A program made the position numbers and the translations under genes. DNA of 64,000 nt from Calcarisporiella thermophila CBS 279.70 (Eukaryota; Fungi; Calcarisporiellomycota), in the NCBI RefSeq assembly GCF_041956535.1, contig NW_027192191.1, forward strand, positions 1,437,443 through 1,501,442, given 5' to 3'. Below are positions 35,177 to 49,252 of this stretch, piece after piece (the first letter of the stretch is position 1; every line of letters begins with the position of its first letter). The notes beneath the pieces were generated by a model that was given only the letters and a program-made list of their open reading frames with translations, did no database searches and had not been told where the DNA came from.

Positions 35177-37279
35177 ATGCTACTGGAACCAGGACATGAC
35201 CTCCACCACAGGCTTCTCTTCGGGTTACGTCAAGTACTCCACCCAGAATGTTCTCCAGAATGTGCCAAGACTCTCGAATCGGTAGCAAAAGCACTCGCCA
35301 CCTCGCGCCCCCAGGAAGGATGGTAAATTCCAGAATTCAGAGAGCGTTTATTTAGTTGGTAATAAACTAGATATTAACATTAATCAGGGAGGTACGAGAC
35401 ACGGAGGTGTGGATTGCTTTTTCTGATGCATACGGCAATCTATCGAAACTGTTTGAGGAGGATTCTGGGCTGAAAATGAATGACATTGAGGAAGTTATGC
35501 TCGGAATTTTGAAGGTGACCCGGAATCTAGCAGCCGGAGTGCCGAAAAACCAGAGAGAAATATTGTAGGAGCGTTTGAACCGACTTAATTTTGGGTTTTG
35601 AACTAATCTTTTCTTATTCTTTCATCCAGCGAAAGAGGCTCATTTGAGATCATAGTGGGATGGGTTAAGAAGTTAAACGCAGAGACGTTGGAGACAAGTA
35701 ATGACAAACGTATCTATCTAAAAATGAATACCGCTTCCTTTCTTCCTCACATTGTCTTCTAACGTCCTGTGTCCGATACTAGGCAAACTATTACTTCGCA
35801 TTGCCCTCCAAACTCTTTCAAATACCGTTACCGCTAATGAAGAATTGATTAAACGCGCGTGGAACCTCTGGATTTGTGACGATGTTATTGGGTATTAAAA
35901 GTTTTTTTGACTCCACTGGCGGTTATTGCTCATGCTTATTTTGATGATAGTGGGCTATTAAGAAGAGAAGATAATGACCTCTTCGAGGTGTCCATGATAT
36001 GTCTAAACAATAACCTAGCAGGAAGCAAAGAACAAAGGTTGGGAGACCTATATCGTTTCATAAAGATGTCCTCCGCCTGCTCACTGTTCTTTTTTTTTGG
36101 AGGCAGTATGCTGTTCGTGAGCTCAGATTTTGGTCGTCAAACGCTTGAACTCTGCTTGTTAAAATCAGAGCACCTTCTTCATGATGAATCGCAAAATTTT
36201 GAGAGAGTGTAGGTGGATGCTTATAGTCCTCTTGTCGTTGATGCTAACCCTAACGTTTCCAATGTAGACACGATACCGTATCTATTTTAGTCCGCCATAA
36301 TCTGGCCTCCAAAATTTGGTCTCTCCTCCGCTCTCCAAATAAGTAAGCCAAACCAAAGTATTTGCATAACTCTACTCTATCTAACAACATAGCGCTTTAT
36401 AGCCAAACCCCTCTTTCGCCGGCGCAGATACCGTTCCTAAAATTCTACGCAGAGCACACACAAATACCATCCGAACTAGAGACCGAATGGTTCTGTCGTG
36501 AATTCTTAAAGATATCAGATCATTTTTCAGTGCTACTAGACCAGATAACCAATAGCAAGAGCAATCTTAAAGAAGCGGATGGAGATGGCCGTTCGAGTGA
36601 TAATACTAGTGGTTCAACATTGGATGTCGAGAGCATGAGCCAGCTGCATGCTGGGCTTGTGCTCATGCTTCAAGTCCTTGCTCGCACTGCAGAGCAAGTG
36701 GGCGACATTATGCTGAGAGAGGGCATTGTGGACCGCTGTGTCACCCTCTTAGGACAATGCGAGAAATCTCTTCCGCGAGCATCCAAACCGGCCAACGTCA
36801 CTCTGACCCATGAGGAAGAGGAGAGCGCGGCAAAAGGATTTATGTACATTCGACGGGATCTTGTCAGGGTCATCGGTAACATGGCCCATGGACGCCGGGC
36901 AGTGCAGGATAAAGTGCGGGAGCTAGGTGGCGTTCCACTTATCCTCAACCAGGCGAATATTGACGACTACAATCCATGTGAGTTCAAATCGTTTTGCTTG
37001 TCACTCCCCTTTCCCCTTCCTTAATATCACATTTCATGATCTTTCAAAAGGACTGGCCCTTTATTTTTGCTAATTCCTCTCTGTTTTCATAAAGATATCC
37101 GCGAATACACAATACTGGCGATCCGCAACCTCATGGCTGACAACGCAGAGAATCAGCAATTCCTCAAGGATCTCAGACCGATCGGGGCTGCTCAACACCC
37201 CGTTCTTCAGGAGGTGGGGTATCGAACCGAATTGGCCCCCGATGGGACAGTGCGGGTTGTGAGGGCCAAGAGGGATTAG
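35177..37279 (+). CDS. ATXN10: Ataxin-10/Ctr86 ARM-repeat protein, multi-exon
   Basis: RNLAAGVPKNQ; C-terminal RRDLVRVIGNMAHGRRAVQDKVRELGGVPLILNQANIDDYNP|YIREYTILAIRNLMADNAENQQF is the Atx10homo_assoc domain. Confidence 0.9.
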
Positions 37280-37572
37280 GGGGTGCACAAAAGGCTATTT
37301 ATTTGTATGCATTTACCTGGCGTGTAGCAGAAATGTGTTCATTAAGAAGGGGCTTTTTTGTTTTGTGTGTTTAATAAATCGACAAGCAAAGGCAAAAAGA
37401 TATAGACAGGAAATATAATTGAAAGGCGGCAACTACTATGACAAATATTAAATTTGCTTTAAAAGAGAATTATTCCAAATTATTGTGTTGATATAGTGAC
37501 AAATATGTTATTGATTAAAAAAAAAAAATGAAATGCCCATTACTAGAAACATTGCTCGGCGTTGGTCATCAG

Positions 37573-38919
37573 TTACTGGGCGATTTTTATGTCCAGTACA
37601 ATAGGCGAGGCTTCTTTCGACTTGTAGCCAGCTTTCTCAAAAAGCATATCTCCAGACGTTGAGCGCTGCTCTTTTCGCTCCTTCAGTTCAATATTTCTAT
37701 AGTCCCCGCCCCAACAAATGAAATGCAGGAGAATTGACATTAGCAATATTATTGGCGAAATAGGATCGAGCAGTCTACTTACGTATACCACGCCCCACCT
37801 ATTAACGTGAGCAAGATCCCCACTCCATTCATCCCTGATATCCGCAAATTAAAAATCAGTACCGAAAGCACAATGGTCAGGACTTGTTTGACGTTCGCCG
37901 CCACTGTCATAGTTAGTGCGCTAGTCCGCTTGTTCGCCGTAAAGCTCACAATATTTAAGAAAAACGCAATGAAACCATTGGCCAGGAGGACACCCACGAG
38001 TAAATAGGCCGAATGGAAATCCAACTCTCGGAAGAACGTGAATAAATCTGCGAGCTCGCCCGTGAGCTGAGCATATACCATGGTCTGGAGAAAAGCCAGG
38101 GGAGACATACGCAGGAGAAGATCAAGAGGATGTAGCTTGAAACGCCCCACCTGGAGGAGGGCGATGAAAGATAAGAATGGCTGAAAACCAAGTTCCAAGG
38201 GCTGGCTTTTTACCTGGACTCGATTCGCAATCACGGTCTTTAGTGCCGCAAGGATGGTGCCGAGAACGGTGAGAAAAAACCCCATAGGGGTGAAGTTGTA
38301 ATCACCAAAGGTTGCAAACGCAACCCCAAGAACAACGGGAATAAGAGAGATATAGATCACTACCGAGTAGCTTTTCTTCAGAAAAACTATCGATAGGAGA
38401 ATGGTAAAGAGGGGGGTTATGGCCCTCACGACTTGATGGAACTAGTGGAGGGTACAGCCCCTACAGTCAATACTCCCATTCGCATCCTAACATATCAATA
38501 CAGAATGATTTACCGGAACAGTGACCAGATTTCTAAAACCACGTAGAAAGCAGGATTAGCACAGCGAAAGGCGAAGGAACAGCCGCCCTGTCAAGATAAT
38601 ATCATACTTACAGAGACACGTTACTAATAGCTATGTTTATCGTGTATAGGACCGAGAACACGAGCATAATCAGGCTTTCTCGATCTCCCAGCTTGGTTGG
38701 CCTGAAGTATCCCAGTTTTAAGCATGCGACCGCGCCGAATGTTCCAAATAGCGTGTGGATACCCGTCAGAGTCCATGGGAAGCCGAAATCGAACAGCTGC
38801 ATAACAATCTTATTATAAATGGTGAGAAAGAGGTTAAGGACGAAGTAGAGGACGAGCCAATTATAGGAAGGGTCAAATGGAGGCAAGCGGATGGAAGAGC
38901 ACAGGTGGAGAACCGGCAT
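37573..38919 (-). CDS. Triose-phosphate/nucleotide-sugar transporter family (SLC35E-like, DMT superfamily)
   Basis: WLVLYFVLNLFLTIYNK..FGFPWTLTGIH; NIAISNVSL-NLVTVP-FHQVVRAITP (includes a 19-nt microexon at 38514-38532); LHPLDLLLRMSPLA; TSALTMTVAANVKQ. Confidence 0.92.
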
Positions 38920-39401
38920 TATGATAGAGGGATGCGGGCAGGGTATATAGGAGAGGAGATGGCAAAAAGCGCGAAGTAATGGGGTGTTGAATAGGGAGGA
39001 AGCACGCTGCTCTCAAATGAGACGTGTCTACGGTGCTTTTCTCTTTACTACTACTTGGGAAAATAAAATTTGTAGACACGGCAAAAGATGAGAGCAGGAG
39101 GAAGCAGGCGGCGTCTCGATATCGACATAAAGTAGTATGAGGGACAGGGTGGCAAGAAAAATACCAGAGGTGCAGCTGATAATTGGGAGTTTAAGTGAAC
39201 GCAACCGCAACTACGCGTCAAAGAAGAAAGAACACAGTGCACCAACGAGAAAGGAGTGAAGAGTCTCGTCAGAAAATATGCAGATATGAGGGTATTGCAG
39301 GTTGCAGATTTGATCTTGCTCCAGAGCCTTTTTCCGAAGTAAAGGGTGGCTTTTCCCCCCTCCCCTCTATCCATTCCTTCCCTCTCTCCTCCCCTACACT
39401 A

Positions 39402-40595
39402 ATGAAAGCATTGCTTCTATCAGGTCTGCTACTGCTGCTGTGCATCGGTGCATTCGTTTTGCAAACGGAGCTGACGCAGTGGGTGCAGAGAGGAGGAGAC
39501 TATGCAAAACCTTATTTCATGCTGTAAGTTAGCATTGTGCAAAGCATTTTACGAAGAAACTCTATTAACCAGACATCAATTAGATGGATATCGCACAGCT
39601 GCTACATCTTGCTCTTCCCTCTCCAACTTCTTTGGGAATATTTCTACCCTAATCCTAACCGGGTTAAGCTGTCAGCCCTCCAGCGGTATAGGCTGAAATT
39701 CCTTCGCTCTCTCAAGGAGCTCTCCCCACAATCTGAACATACTCCTCTTTCCACCTCCGAAAATGACTACGCATATGCACAAATTCCTTTCACCAAGGGA
39801 CATCTCGCGTACATTTTTAAAACTGTACTCTCTCTTTCCTTCCTGATCGCTCTGCCTTCTTTCCTTTGGTATACAGCGGTGGGCTTGACATCCACATCCA
39901 ATCTCACCGCCATCTACAACACAGCATGCTTCTGGGCATACTTGTTTTCCGTATGGATGTTGAGTGAACAAGTGCGCTGGGAGAAAAACATATCCGTGGT
40001 GTGCTGCATCTTGGGAGTTGGACTGATTGCCCTACTTGATCCTAAGCGTGACTTTGACACGCCGCCCCAGCAGCGCAGCGGAGAATTCCTTGGTAATCTT
40101 ATTGCGGTTGTATGTGCAGCCACTTACGGCTTCTACGAAGTGTACTACAAGCTTTGGGCCTCCCCGCCTCTTCGTCCCTCCGTCCTATTTGCCAATACAA
40201 TCACTGCGCTGATTGGCCTCGCTACGTTGCTTGTTCTTTGGATTCCCATCCCTTTGCTCCACTTCACAGGATGGGAGCCCTTCCAGCTCCCGTCGCTGCA
40301 AACGTTCGGATACCTCTTTCTGGTTGCTTTGTCCGGAATCATGTTTAACGCAGCATTTATGTGTGTCATTGCAATGACAAGCCCTGTGTATGCTGCTGTT
40401 GGGCAGATGCTTACCATTCCTGCGGTCGCGGTTGTGGATGCCATTGTGAAGGGACGGTCGCCCGAAATCGGCACCGTTCTGGGGAGCGTAGCGATCATGT
40501 TGGGCTTTTGCGTGCTAACCTACGGAGTAAATAAGGAGGTGAAGGCGGTAGAAGAAATAGAGGACGAACAGGAGGAGGATGCATCAAGCCCATAA
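39402..40595 (+). CDS. EamA/DMT transporter (SLC35F/THI74-like)
   Basis: FVLQTELTQWVQ..YAKPYFML|WISHS, LWYTAVGLTS.SNLTAIYNTACFWAYLFS, YGFYEVYYK and SPVYAAVGQMLTIP; about 10 TM helices. Confidence 0.88.
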
Positions 40596-40844
40596 ATTTC
40601 CTTTATTTTTGTATATTATTAAGATGATCTATCTTCTTTGTGTACTATCTTTTTTATCCTATAGATCAGGACCTTTTTTATGTATATTCTTTATAAATAC
40701 TGCGTATTTGAACTTTGTGATATTTGATTCTGTCTGCCTTCCCCTTATTACACATGCATTCGTGACTACTCTCGTGGCCAATTTAATAAACAACCTCTAT
40801 TTGCCACTCGATTTTCTTTGCTTGACAAAGGAACTTTAGATAGC

Positions 40845-43800
40845 ATGTCGCATAATGATTTCCCAAGCTATGTCTGGCCTGAGCTGGATATTGGGGCTGG
40901 GAGTCTTGGGATGGCGACGCTAGAGTATGCCGGAGGGAGCCATGAATTCAGATTTTTAAATGACGAGAAAAGTGAGTGCAGTGCGTTGTGAAGCTCGAAA
41001 ACGATGTATAATGTGGATATATCATTCTGATGCTTGCAGACTGCTGGCCTGTGCATCCCCGGTCGAGCATGAAAAGACTATTTCCAAGGAGCAGGGCTTA
41101 CCCACCTTCGTCAATGCCTTACCCAACATTCCGTACCACTCCCAAGAAAGCAGTACGTACACTTATGGTTCATCCTTTTCATTAATGATACGATCCATTG
41201 ACATTGCATACAAGACACAAAAATTTAAATCCAGTCATCCGGATCTAGGCATTCCCGAAGGCCTCTTGACGGAATATTTAAAGGAGGGGTTGGAGACACA
41301 ACAGTTGGAGGAGCGTAGCCCTTTTAACGGAAATTTACTTGCAATTGGAGGATTTGGAGATGCCAGTGTGGGGTTTGCAGCTTTTCCAATGGGAGAAGCA
41401 AATTTGTCACTAAGTAATTATAAATACAGATTAAATATCCCTAGTAGCATGATTTTATATATTCATTATTTCGACAGATGTTTCGCGTCTCGTGTTGGAT
41501 GAGGAATGTGCCGATAAACGAACCTTTTACTTTCACCCAACCCCGCATTCTACTCACCACTTCCGTACTCCCATCAGGCAAATTGCTTCCCTAGCAGAGG
41601 AACGTACTGACCGGTCAGCGGGGCCATGGCCACTATTGGTGCGAACAATGGGGGCAGTGAATTTTTTCAAGGTTGAGGACGACCGATATATAGACGGATT
41701 CAATGTTAAACTAGTAGAGAGTATGGGTAGAGAAGATTTCGCTGGTGAGAGTTGGCCTGTGCATGTGGCGCTGTCCCCCTATGGAGGATGGGGTGCAGCA
41801 GATGCCGCAATAATGGCAAGAGATGGGCATCTATACTTCTGGAGGAATGAGTTTAAGGGTGATAGGTAAACTTTCAAATACTTTTGGGCTATGTCACCGT
41901 TCATATCATGATATCTTTTAGATTTGAGCTGGTTCGCCCTCCAGATGCAATAGCACCCTTCGATGATGCCATTGACACGTGGGACGATGCTAGGTCCTGG
42001 ATGACATGCGAGTTTGGGCGCCACCCACTGTGCCTATATCGTGCGCATCAAAAAGGAGTTGACCTTATTGACCTGCGAGTACGTACTCATCTGGTGGTTC
42101 CAAATCCTCATTTACCTGAATAATAACTCCTGTTTTAGACACGAGATGTAGCAACCTTAATGAAGTTGGATACCGATCCCTTGTGTGCATTACGTCGCAT
42201 CCCTGTTCCGTACTCAAATCAATTTGTGGTTGCGACGGAAAAGCGGCTTTCTATCTATGACCAGCGCTATAATGCCCGGCCGTTATTGAGCTGGTCACAT
42301 TTCAATGCGTTTACTCGTGGTGGGCTGGAGCTGGTTGCGTATGAGAACGAGCAAGAAACACAAGGTAAATGCACATATAAGTCGGGACTATACGATATAC
42401 TTTGGCGCTGAACGATATTATTCCATTTTACCCTGCTGACTCTAGTCACGATTCTCGGCTGGTCCAAGGAGGTCCCTCTAATAACGGCCCACCAGTACCT
42501 CCATTCCGCTAATCCCGACTCAGCCAACATACTGCATCCACCCTTCTCTTGTGGGGACCGCATTGCCTTGCCCTTCTTCCGCGAACACCCTTACTTTGCC
42601 TCTTGTCCCAATCCAATGGAATATATACCACCCGGGATGCATGTTCGGCAGTATTCATACAACCCGTTGCCACCACTTGGAGGAATCGCTTCGATAAAAG
42701 GGAGATTGGCAGTCGCGAGAGAAAGAAAGAGAAGTGTTGGTGAAGGATTAATGGAGATTGATGAGGAAAAAAGCGAGTCGCAATTTACACTGATGCAGCT
42801 TGCTGAGGACGGCAGCGTGTATGCTCAAACGTTTGGATTTGGTGTGCAAAACGAGCCGAGCGATGGAACCGGCACACTGCGAGCCGACGAAGATTTTATG
42901 ATGCCAGAGGAACTTCAAGCTATCGAGGCGAAAGTCACCCAAGAGACTTGGAGAGTCGCAAATGAGATGGAAGTAAAGCAGAATCGGATCATTGATTTTC
43001 GGCCCGGATTATCAAGTAAGTGCAGCACGAATTCGTTTAAGAAATATGGCATAGAGCTTAAACTACTTTTCACCCATTAAGTTATAAGCCAATATCTTCG
43101 CAGAGGCAATCACCCAAACTTTTCTCCTGACTGGGAGCACGTCTCTCCTCAAGAGAAAGATGCACTTGTGGCGGATGCTACCCATAAGGTCGCCCTTCGC
43201 GCGGTTGCATTTCTTCGAGCCCACGGCACGCCATTGAGCCTGCATGACCTTGCAACCCCCAACATCGCCCCGGAGTCAACGCCCGATCTCGACTCATGTC
43301 CCTCTGATTTAACAGCAACCATGGAAGGGACGCTCACTACCGCATTTCGGCCCAAAATTAATCTTTCATTGTTGGACGAGGAGAGCCCATTTTACAAAGA
43401 AGTTGAAATGTGTGATTGGACCCTTCTACGGGAGCTATTGCGGGAAATCTCAGAGGAGGAGAGCGAAGAGTTTGTGTTTGAGGCCCTGGAAATACCAGTA
43501 TTTGGAGTCTTTTGGGGACTACCTCGCCCACCGCCTGAAGAAATGGAGGGTCTGGGGGGCGACCAAGGGATTAAGAAAATACTACGCGCGTTAGAGAGGA
43601 TTTATCCGCCCCCAAACGAAGAGGTATTGGAAGAAATTAATGAAGAATTTCAGCATAGAGATATTGCGATGGGAGGTGAAGAGAGCGCCACATGGGAAGG
43701 TGAGAGTGACAAAGACAGCGACCAAGGCTCCATCGAGCTTGGCATCGCCCCCGACCTCGATAAGGAACGCCGCCATCGTCTTTTGTTCTCTAACGAAGAT

Positions 43801-44823
43801 CGAGTCATTAGAGCACGTCGTGTCGCACTACACACGCTCGCGCGTGATATCTTTCTCTCCTCGCGAATCCTATTCCGTCGTCGCAAGACCCGCGCCGAAC
43901 GAGATGGGTTTGTTCCAGCCTCGCAAATCAGTCCCGAAGAAACTTGGCAGCTGGAGGCTAATGAGGAACTCTTTACTCATCTGGCACCAGGCGGCGAAAT
44001 GAATATAGAAGAAGAGCTAATCAGGCACTTTAAGATTGATCTGGGCGAAGATGGAGAGGAAGAAAATGAAGAAGCGCTGTTTGTAAGAAGGAGAGCGCCT
44101 CGCAGTGAAGAAGAAGACAGCGAGCCATCCTCCCCAGAATTACTAGGACTGACAGCATCGGATTCGCCCACATTAACCCCTCGATATTTATCTCCTTCGC
44201 CCCCCCCTCCCTCCGATCCTTCCCTAGCATTTCTGACCCCCAATATCATCCAAGATGAAGGCAACGTGTCCCAGAGCTCAAGAGAGAAGCCTTCCGCTGC
44301 ACCTGATCCAACCACCCTTCAACTTGCACGTGCCTGGAAAATTGGCGAGGATCCGGATCCCAGTGTATTTGATGTATTTTTCGAGCAAATAGCGAAGCTG
44401 TCGGGCAATGAACACTATGTAAGAAGGAGTCGTGGTATCAAGGAAGAGGATACTATCATTTATGAAGAGGATATGGAGGATGAGCCCGAGGCAGCACTCC
44501 CAGAGGTCATGAGTTCCCAAGTTATTCCGGCGTCGCAGCCCCTAAATGAGGGTAGATATGGTGGAGCAAAATCACCCGCAAGCTCAAGGAAAAAGAAAGA
44601 AAAGGCAGTATCCTTCCTGATAGATGAGGAGACGTATCCTTCATCTCCCATGTTTTTGACCCAGCAGCCCATCCCTCGGGAGGAGATCTGGAAAGATACG
44701 ATGGAAATACCTGAGGGCGATTGGGGATCGACGCAAGTGTCGGCCAGTCAACCTCTACCCTCTACATCAGCAGCAACGCCAAAGAAGAAGAAGAAGAAAC
44801 GCCAGTCGGTACAAGGGTTTTAA
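40845..44823 (+). CDS. RRN6: RNA polymerase I core factor subunit Rrn6/TAF1C-like
   Basis: Beta-propeller-type blocks HVALSPY, WMTCEFGRHPLCL...LIDLR and IYDQRYNARPLLSWSH; SQ-rich tail ending KKKKKKRQSVQGF, as typical of Rrn6/TAF1C; about 6 introns. Confidence 0.72.
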
Positions 44824-45030
44824 CTTTTTTTTTCAAAACTCCTCTATAGATTGAAATCCGCGCCGAGCTTACCTCTTGTATTTATATTTCCTTTTTTTTT
44901 TCATTGCAATTTCGAACCCTTTGGAGTTATTTACACGTCACATTCAATTTTTCTCCCGTTTTATCCTTTCATCTTTTGATCGCCAGGAAATCATCGGTCA
45001 TTTCCTCTATACCATAATAAGAATATAGGG

Positions 45031-46372
45031 ATGATTTGTCTACATCGTCATAAGGCCATTGCGTTGGCGTGTATATTGCTCTTTTCACATATTACGCTCT
45101 CTGATGCCGACTCAAGATACCCTCCCCTTCAAAGAGTCAATCATGCATCTCAAAGGAGCCTCGATGCATTAGACGAGCGAATAGAACCGCTATTGAGGCG
45201 TGAGGGGTTGAATACCAACGCGCTGGTAAGTTTTTCGATTCATTTTATATATTTTGTTTGATTGGCCCGATGCTCAAACACTCGAATCGTATTTTACAAT
45301 TACTCAATCTAGCCATTACGAATCCGTACAAGACGACAAGAAGCTAACGCAGTTAAAGAGGCCGAAGTCCAAAACTCATCTACTGAATCGTCAAACGATA
45401 TAAAAGAACAGTCTCTCCAAGGAGCGGACCAGAAAGTTGATGGCACACACCAGAATACAAAGGCAGACGGATCGGCTCCAGGTGCTGTTCCCCCGCAACG
45501 TATGCCTGAGGCCAAACCAGATGGTGCTAATAACCCTTCTCCTCAGGAGAAGCAGAATGGAGATACACAGGGTAATTCCAGTGAACAAAACACTGATCTG
45601 CAAAAGGAGCCTAACGGCGCTAAAAACGAACAAAAGCCTGGTGACTCGGAAGAAAACCATCAATCTGCCGACGACAGCGAGGAAGACAATGCAAATGGCG
45701 AAGAGCAGCAACAAAAACAAGACACAGATACATCCCCCGGTGAAAGTGAAGATGGCGAGGAGCCCTCCAGCGAGGACGAAAGCCAAACGCTTCCTGGAGA
45801 TGATACCGTGGAGCCGCCGTCGTCGCCATCGATCTTGGGAGGATATGAGAAATTGGGAGGGGAATTTAACTTCGTGCTATTTATTCTCTTTGTTGTCGTC
45901 GTTGTCTTATTTACCTACAAGCCTAGCCGGAGAGCGATTTTCAACGTAAATATCACGTCCTCAATTTCCTGTCCCCTACCTTTGCTGGCCCCTCCCATCT
46001 AACCCTACTTTCCATCCTATATAGAAAATATTCTCTCTCTTTAGCCGCGCGAAAAAAGGATATCAACACGTGGCTCGTAGTGAAGATGAATACGCACTCC
46101 CAACTGTACATCGGTCTTCCACCCCTACCACCACCATGAATGGATCACAGGATGCCTCGTGGGCAATTGACATGTCGGATCAGTTCGAGAGTGGGGGCGG
46201 AACGACAGTCACGGCCACCGGAGTGATAAAAAACAAACAGCTAAACGGGGCAAGAACCCACCGTGCAAACAGCACCAGTGCAAAAAATGCAGCAGCCGAG
46301 GGGGGGAAGGCCAACTCAAAGGCAGACGCAGTAGAGTGGGACGACTGGGGAAAGGATGACGATGAGTGGTGA
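45031..46372 (+). CDS. Type I membrane protein with acidic luminal region (TGN38-like)
   Basis: Signal peptide, Q/E/D-rich low-complexity region, one TM helix (FNFVLFILFVVVVVLF), cytosolic YxxPhi motifs (YQHV, YALP) and terminal WDDWGKDDDEW; 2 introns. Confidence 0.7.
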
Positions 46373-46901
46373 GGGAAACCCAACATGGATTTCATAGTGT
46401 TGTAGTATTTTATTTTCATATTAGAACTGATTTTTAACACTCTCCATCCAACTATTATTATTATATTCTCTCTTAATCAATAATTCATTGACTCTGTACT
46501 CTCCCAAGACCCCCCCCCCCCCTATTTTCTCCACCTTTCTAGATGGTGCTTTGTAGGTGAAGATATGGGCTACTCTTGAACCCCTGCTTGGTCACGGCTT
46601 GGATATAAAATAATACTTATTTATTCGGTTTTCATGTTAGAAGAGACGAGACACTTTTCTATATATATATTTAAGAGAGAGAAAAAAAGCTTATGCCACC
46701 TAATTCTACAGCCAACTTTCTCGGAAACTCGACGTTATTTACAGTTGCATTGAATACCAACCGATAAATGAAAACAACAAAGCCAATGGTTTGCGGAATC
46801 CCTTCAATGCTCCACCTCAACATATACTTAGCGGTTATCATCAGGGTCGAGTCATTTATACCGGATATCTACAGAGCAAAATACAGGGTAAAATCTCCAC
46901 C

Positions 46902-47564
46902 TCAATCGTCGCGCCCCTGCTCTTTCCCCTCTAGGTATCCTCCCGGGATACGTCTCCGGAATACGAAGCGCTCCATGCTGACGACGATCATGGTAACAAT
47001 ATAGACAAGAAACACCACGCCAATGCCCAAACTCAGCACAAAGCTGAAGGCAGCCATCGATAGCCATGCAGTAGTGGACCGCTGTTTTCTCTCGTGTCCT
47101 GGACGAGCCATGGTGGGGGTCAGAGACTGCTGCAAGCGCTGCTCGATCCTGGCAGCACGAAGAGAGGCCCACGCGGGGCGATGCGTTTTGGTAGCATTGT
47201 GGTGAGTATGGTTTCCTTTGTGGGTCGAGTTGAACAGCGGAGTATTGATACTGGCTGTGGGGATTGTCTTAATAGTAGTGACGGGATCGCCGTCCTCGTC
47301 CACGATCACTATCTTGTCTTTCGAGGGCTCGTCCTTGCTGCCTTGGCTATGTGGGTCCTGAAAGATAACCATGTGGTGTGAGCTGTCCACTTCGGATTCG
47401 GAGTCCTCGCTCTGGTCGTCTGTCTCCTCATCTCTCGCAACCAGGGCTCTCGTAGGTTTCGTGGCGACGGTACAGTCGGTGCAGGAGGAAGTCAGCCCGC
47501 TGACTACTTGGTGGTGGAAGAGCAGCGAGAGCATAAATACAAGAAGAACCACCGATTTTATCAT
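46902..47564 (-). CDS. Hypothetical single-pass membrane protein
   Basis: Signal peptide MIKSVVLLVFMLSLL, acidic/His-rich middle, hydrophobic segment near the C-terminus; single-exon ORF of 220 aa. Confidence 0.7.
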   Translation of the reverse strand: MIKSVVLLVFMLSLLFHHQVVSGLTSSCTDCTVATKPTRALVARDEETDDQSEDSESEVDSSHHMVIFQDPHSQGSKDEPSKDKIVIVDEDGDPVTTIKTIPTASINTPLFNSTHKGNHTHHNATKTHRPAWASLRAARIEQRLQQSLTPTMARPGHERKQRSTTAWLSMAAFSFVLSLGIGVVFLVYIVTMIVVSMERFVFRRRIPGGYLEGKEQGRDD

Positions 47565-48118
47565 TATAGAGCTTGTGTGAGAGGAAGGCCAGGAGTATGG
47601 AGGGCGAAAAACAAAATTAATTGTTCCTTAAACGCGAATACAATTTAATTATAGATCCAAATCGAAGTGAAAACGGGGCATTTTATTTCAACTCAGAATA
47701 AAAACAAATTTTCCTCCGATTGACAAAAGGCTGAAAGGACGGAGAAATTACCAGATCCGAATCCCCCTATTGACTTATTCTGTTTATTATTACAGCTTAG
47801 CAGAGGGCTAAAACAAAATTCCAGTACGCGCAATCTTATTTTTTTTTCAGTATATGCCTCGGTCGCATTATTTACTGCCTCCGTAGGATATTGGGCATGC
47901 GCAGCATAGCGTTCGCGATATTAGAATGAATAATCTTTTTCCCCTAAAGTTTATTATTTTCACGGAAACCTTCCCGAAGGAGGAAGGCTAAGCCACTATT
48001 TTGTTGATTTTTCGAAGCTTTTTTATTTTAGCTTATCCAAATTTTCTTTGAATGTGCTGGGAATCTCGCACGAATCGATTTGTTATTTCTAATCCCTCTC
48101 TAACGCATAGACACCTTA

Positions 48119-49252
48119 ATGACCATCATTTCCTCGCCCTCTCCTAAGGCTGCCCCCTATTCGGCCCTCTCTTCTGTGAGTGAGCCCCCACTCCTGGACG
48201 TGACTGGCCGTCCCTCTTTAGAGGAAGAGCGCCCCATGCTTGAGACATTCGACCCTTCTGCATCTTCGGCCTCCGCCTCGGCTCCCAATGGGAAGCCTTC
48301 CCCCGCCTCTGACGAAGAAGTGTGTCCCACCTGTGCCACTATTTTGCCTGCGGGAACTCTCCCAGCGGATCTGACGACCGATGACGAATCGATTTTTTCT
48401 CCGTCCACCCGAAGTGACGCCCTGGTATACCCGAATGTTGGAAATTTATTGTGGGAGGCTGGATATACTCTTTCCGATGTGCGGCTCACTTTCGATGATG
48501 GAGGACGCATGGCAGAGCGATCCGGCATACCTCCCCAGCTCTGGCTTCATTCACTGATTCTCTGCCAGTCTGAGTTTTTCCGCAAGCAACTGACTAGCCG
48601 TACAAGGCCCCTCCCCGCGAGACCGCGACATATTGTAGTGAAGGTTCCGCCAGGGGTAACCAAAGAGGATATGCTGCACTTCTACGTGGCCCTGAAGCTG
48701 ATTTACACCAAAGCGTGGGCAGCCGAGTTGAAGGACGACCTTAGAATGGGGTGTGGGGTGCTTTCCGTATGCTACGAGATTGGGTTTGCAGAGGGAATGG
48801 AGGAGGTATTGTGTTTGACTTTTGAGATCATTCGCGTGTCTCCATCCCAGACTAACGATGACCTCTGTATCCTTGCACCGTAGGTTTGGCGCTGGGTGAT
48901 GCTAAAATGTCACCGGGAAAGGAACCGCGAGATGATGCAAAGACTCATCGAGGCTTACCCCTCTCTCTACAAGAAATTCGCGGCACCCCCCTCCCTGTAC
49001 AATGCGCCTGCTCGCACAGGAGCAACCGTTGGCCTCACAAGACGGACCAGCTCAACAAGACGAAGAGCGCGGGTACAACGGCATCGGAGGAGTTTGCAGA
49101 GGGCCAGAGGCTCTGTGGAGTTGAACGCCGAGGAAATAGAAGGGATCATGGAGGAGACTGAGGAGGGGCCGAGAAGCCCCGGGGTGGCAAGAGGGGTTGA
49201 GAGATTGCCTTCCACAGCGCCGCATCCGTTCGAGCGGTATCGCAGGGCATAG
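48119..49252 (+). CDS. BTB/POZ-domain protein (2 exons)
   Basis: SDVRLTF...LHSLILCQSEFFRKQL...FYVALKLIY is a BTB fold pattern; intron ~48806-48883. Confidence 0.72.

Noticed and set aside
36243-36255. CTAACCCTAAC resembling a telomerase RNA template or telomeric repeat
   Set aside because: It sits at the branch-point position of a short ATXN10 intron, and there is no repeat array.
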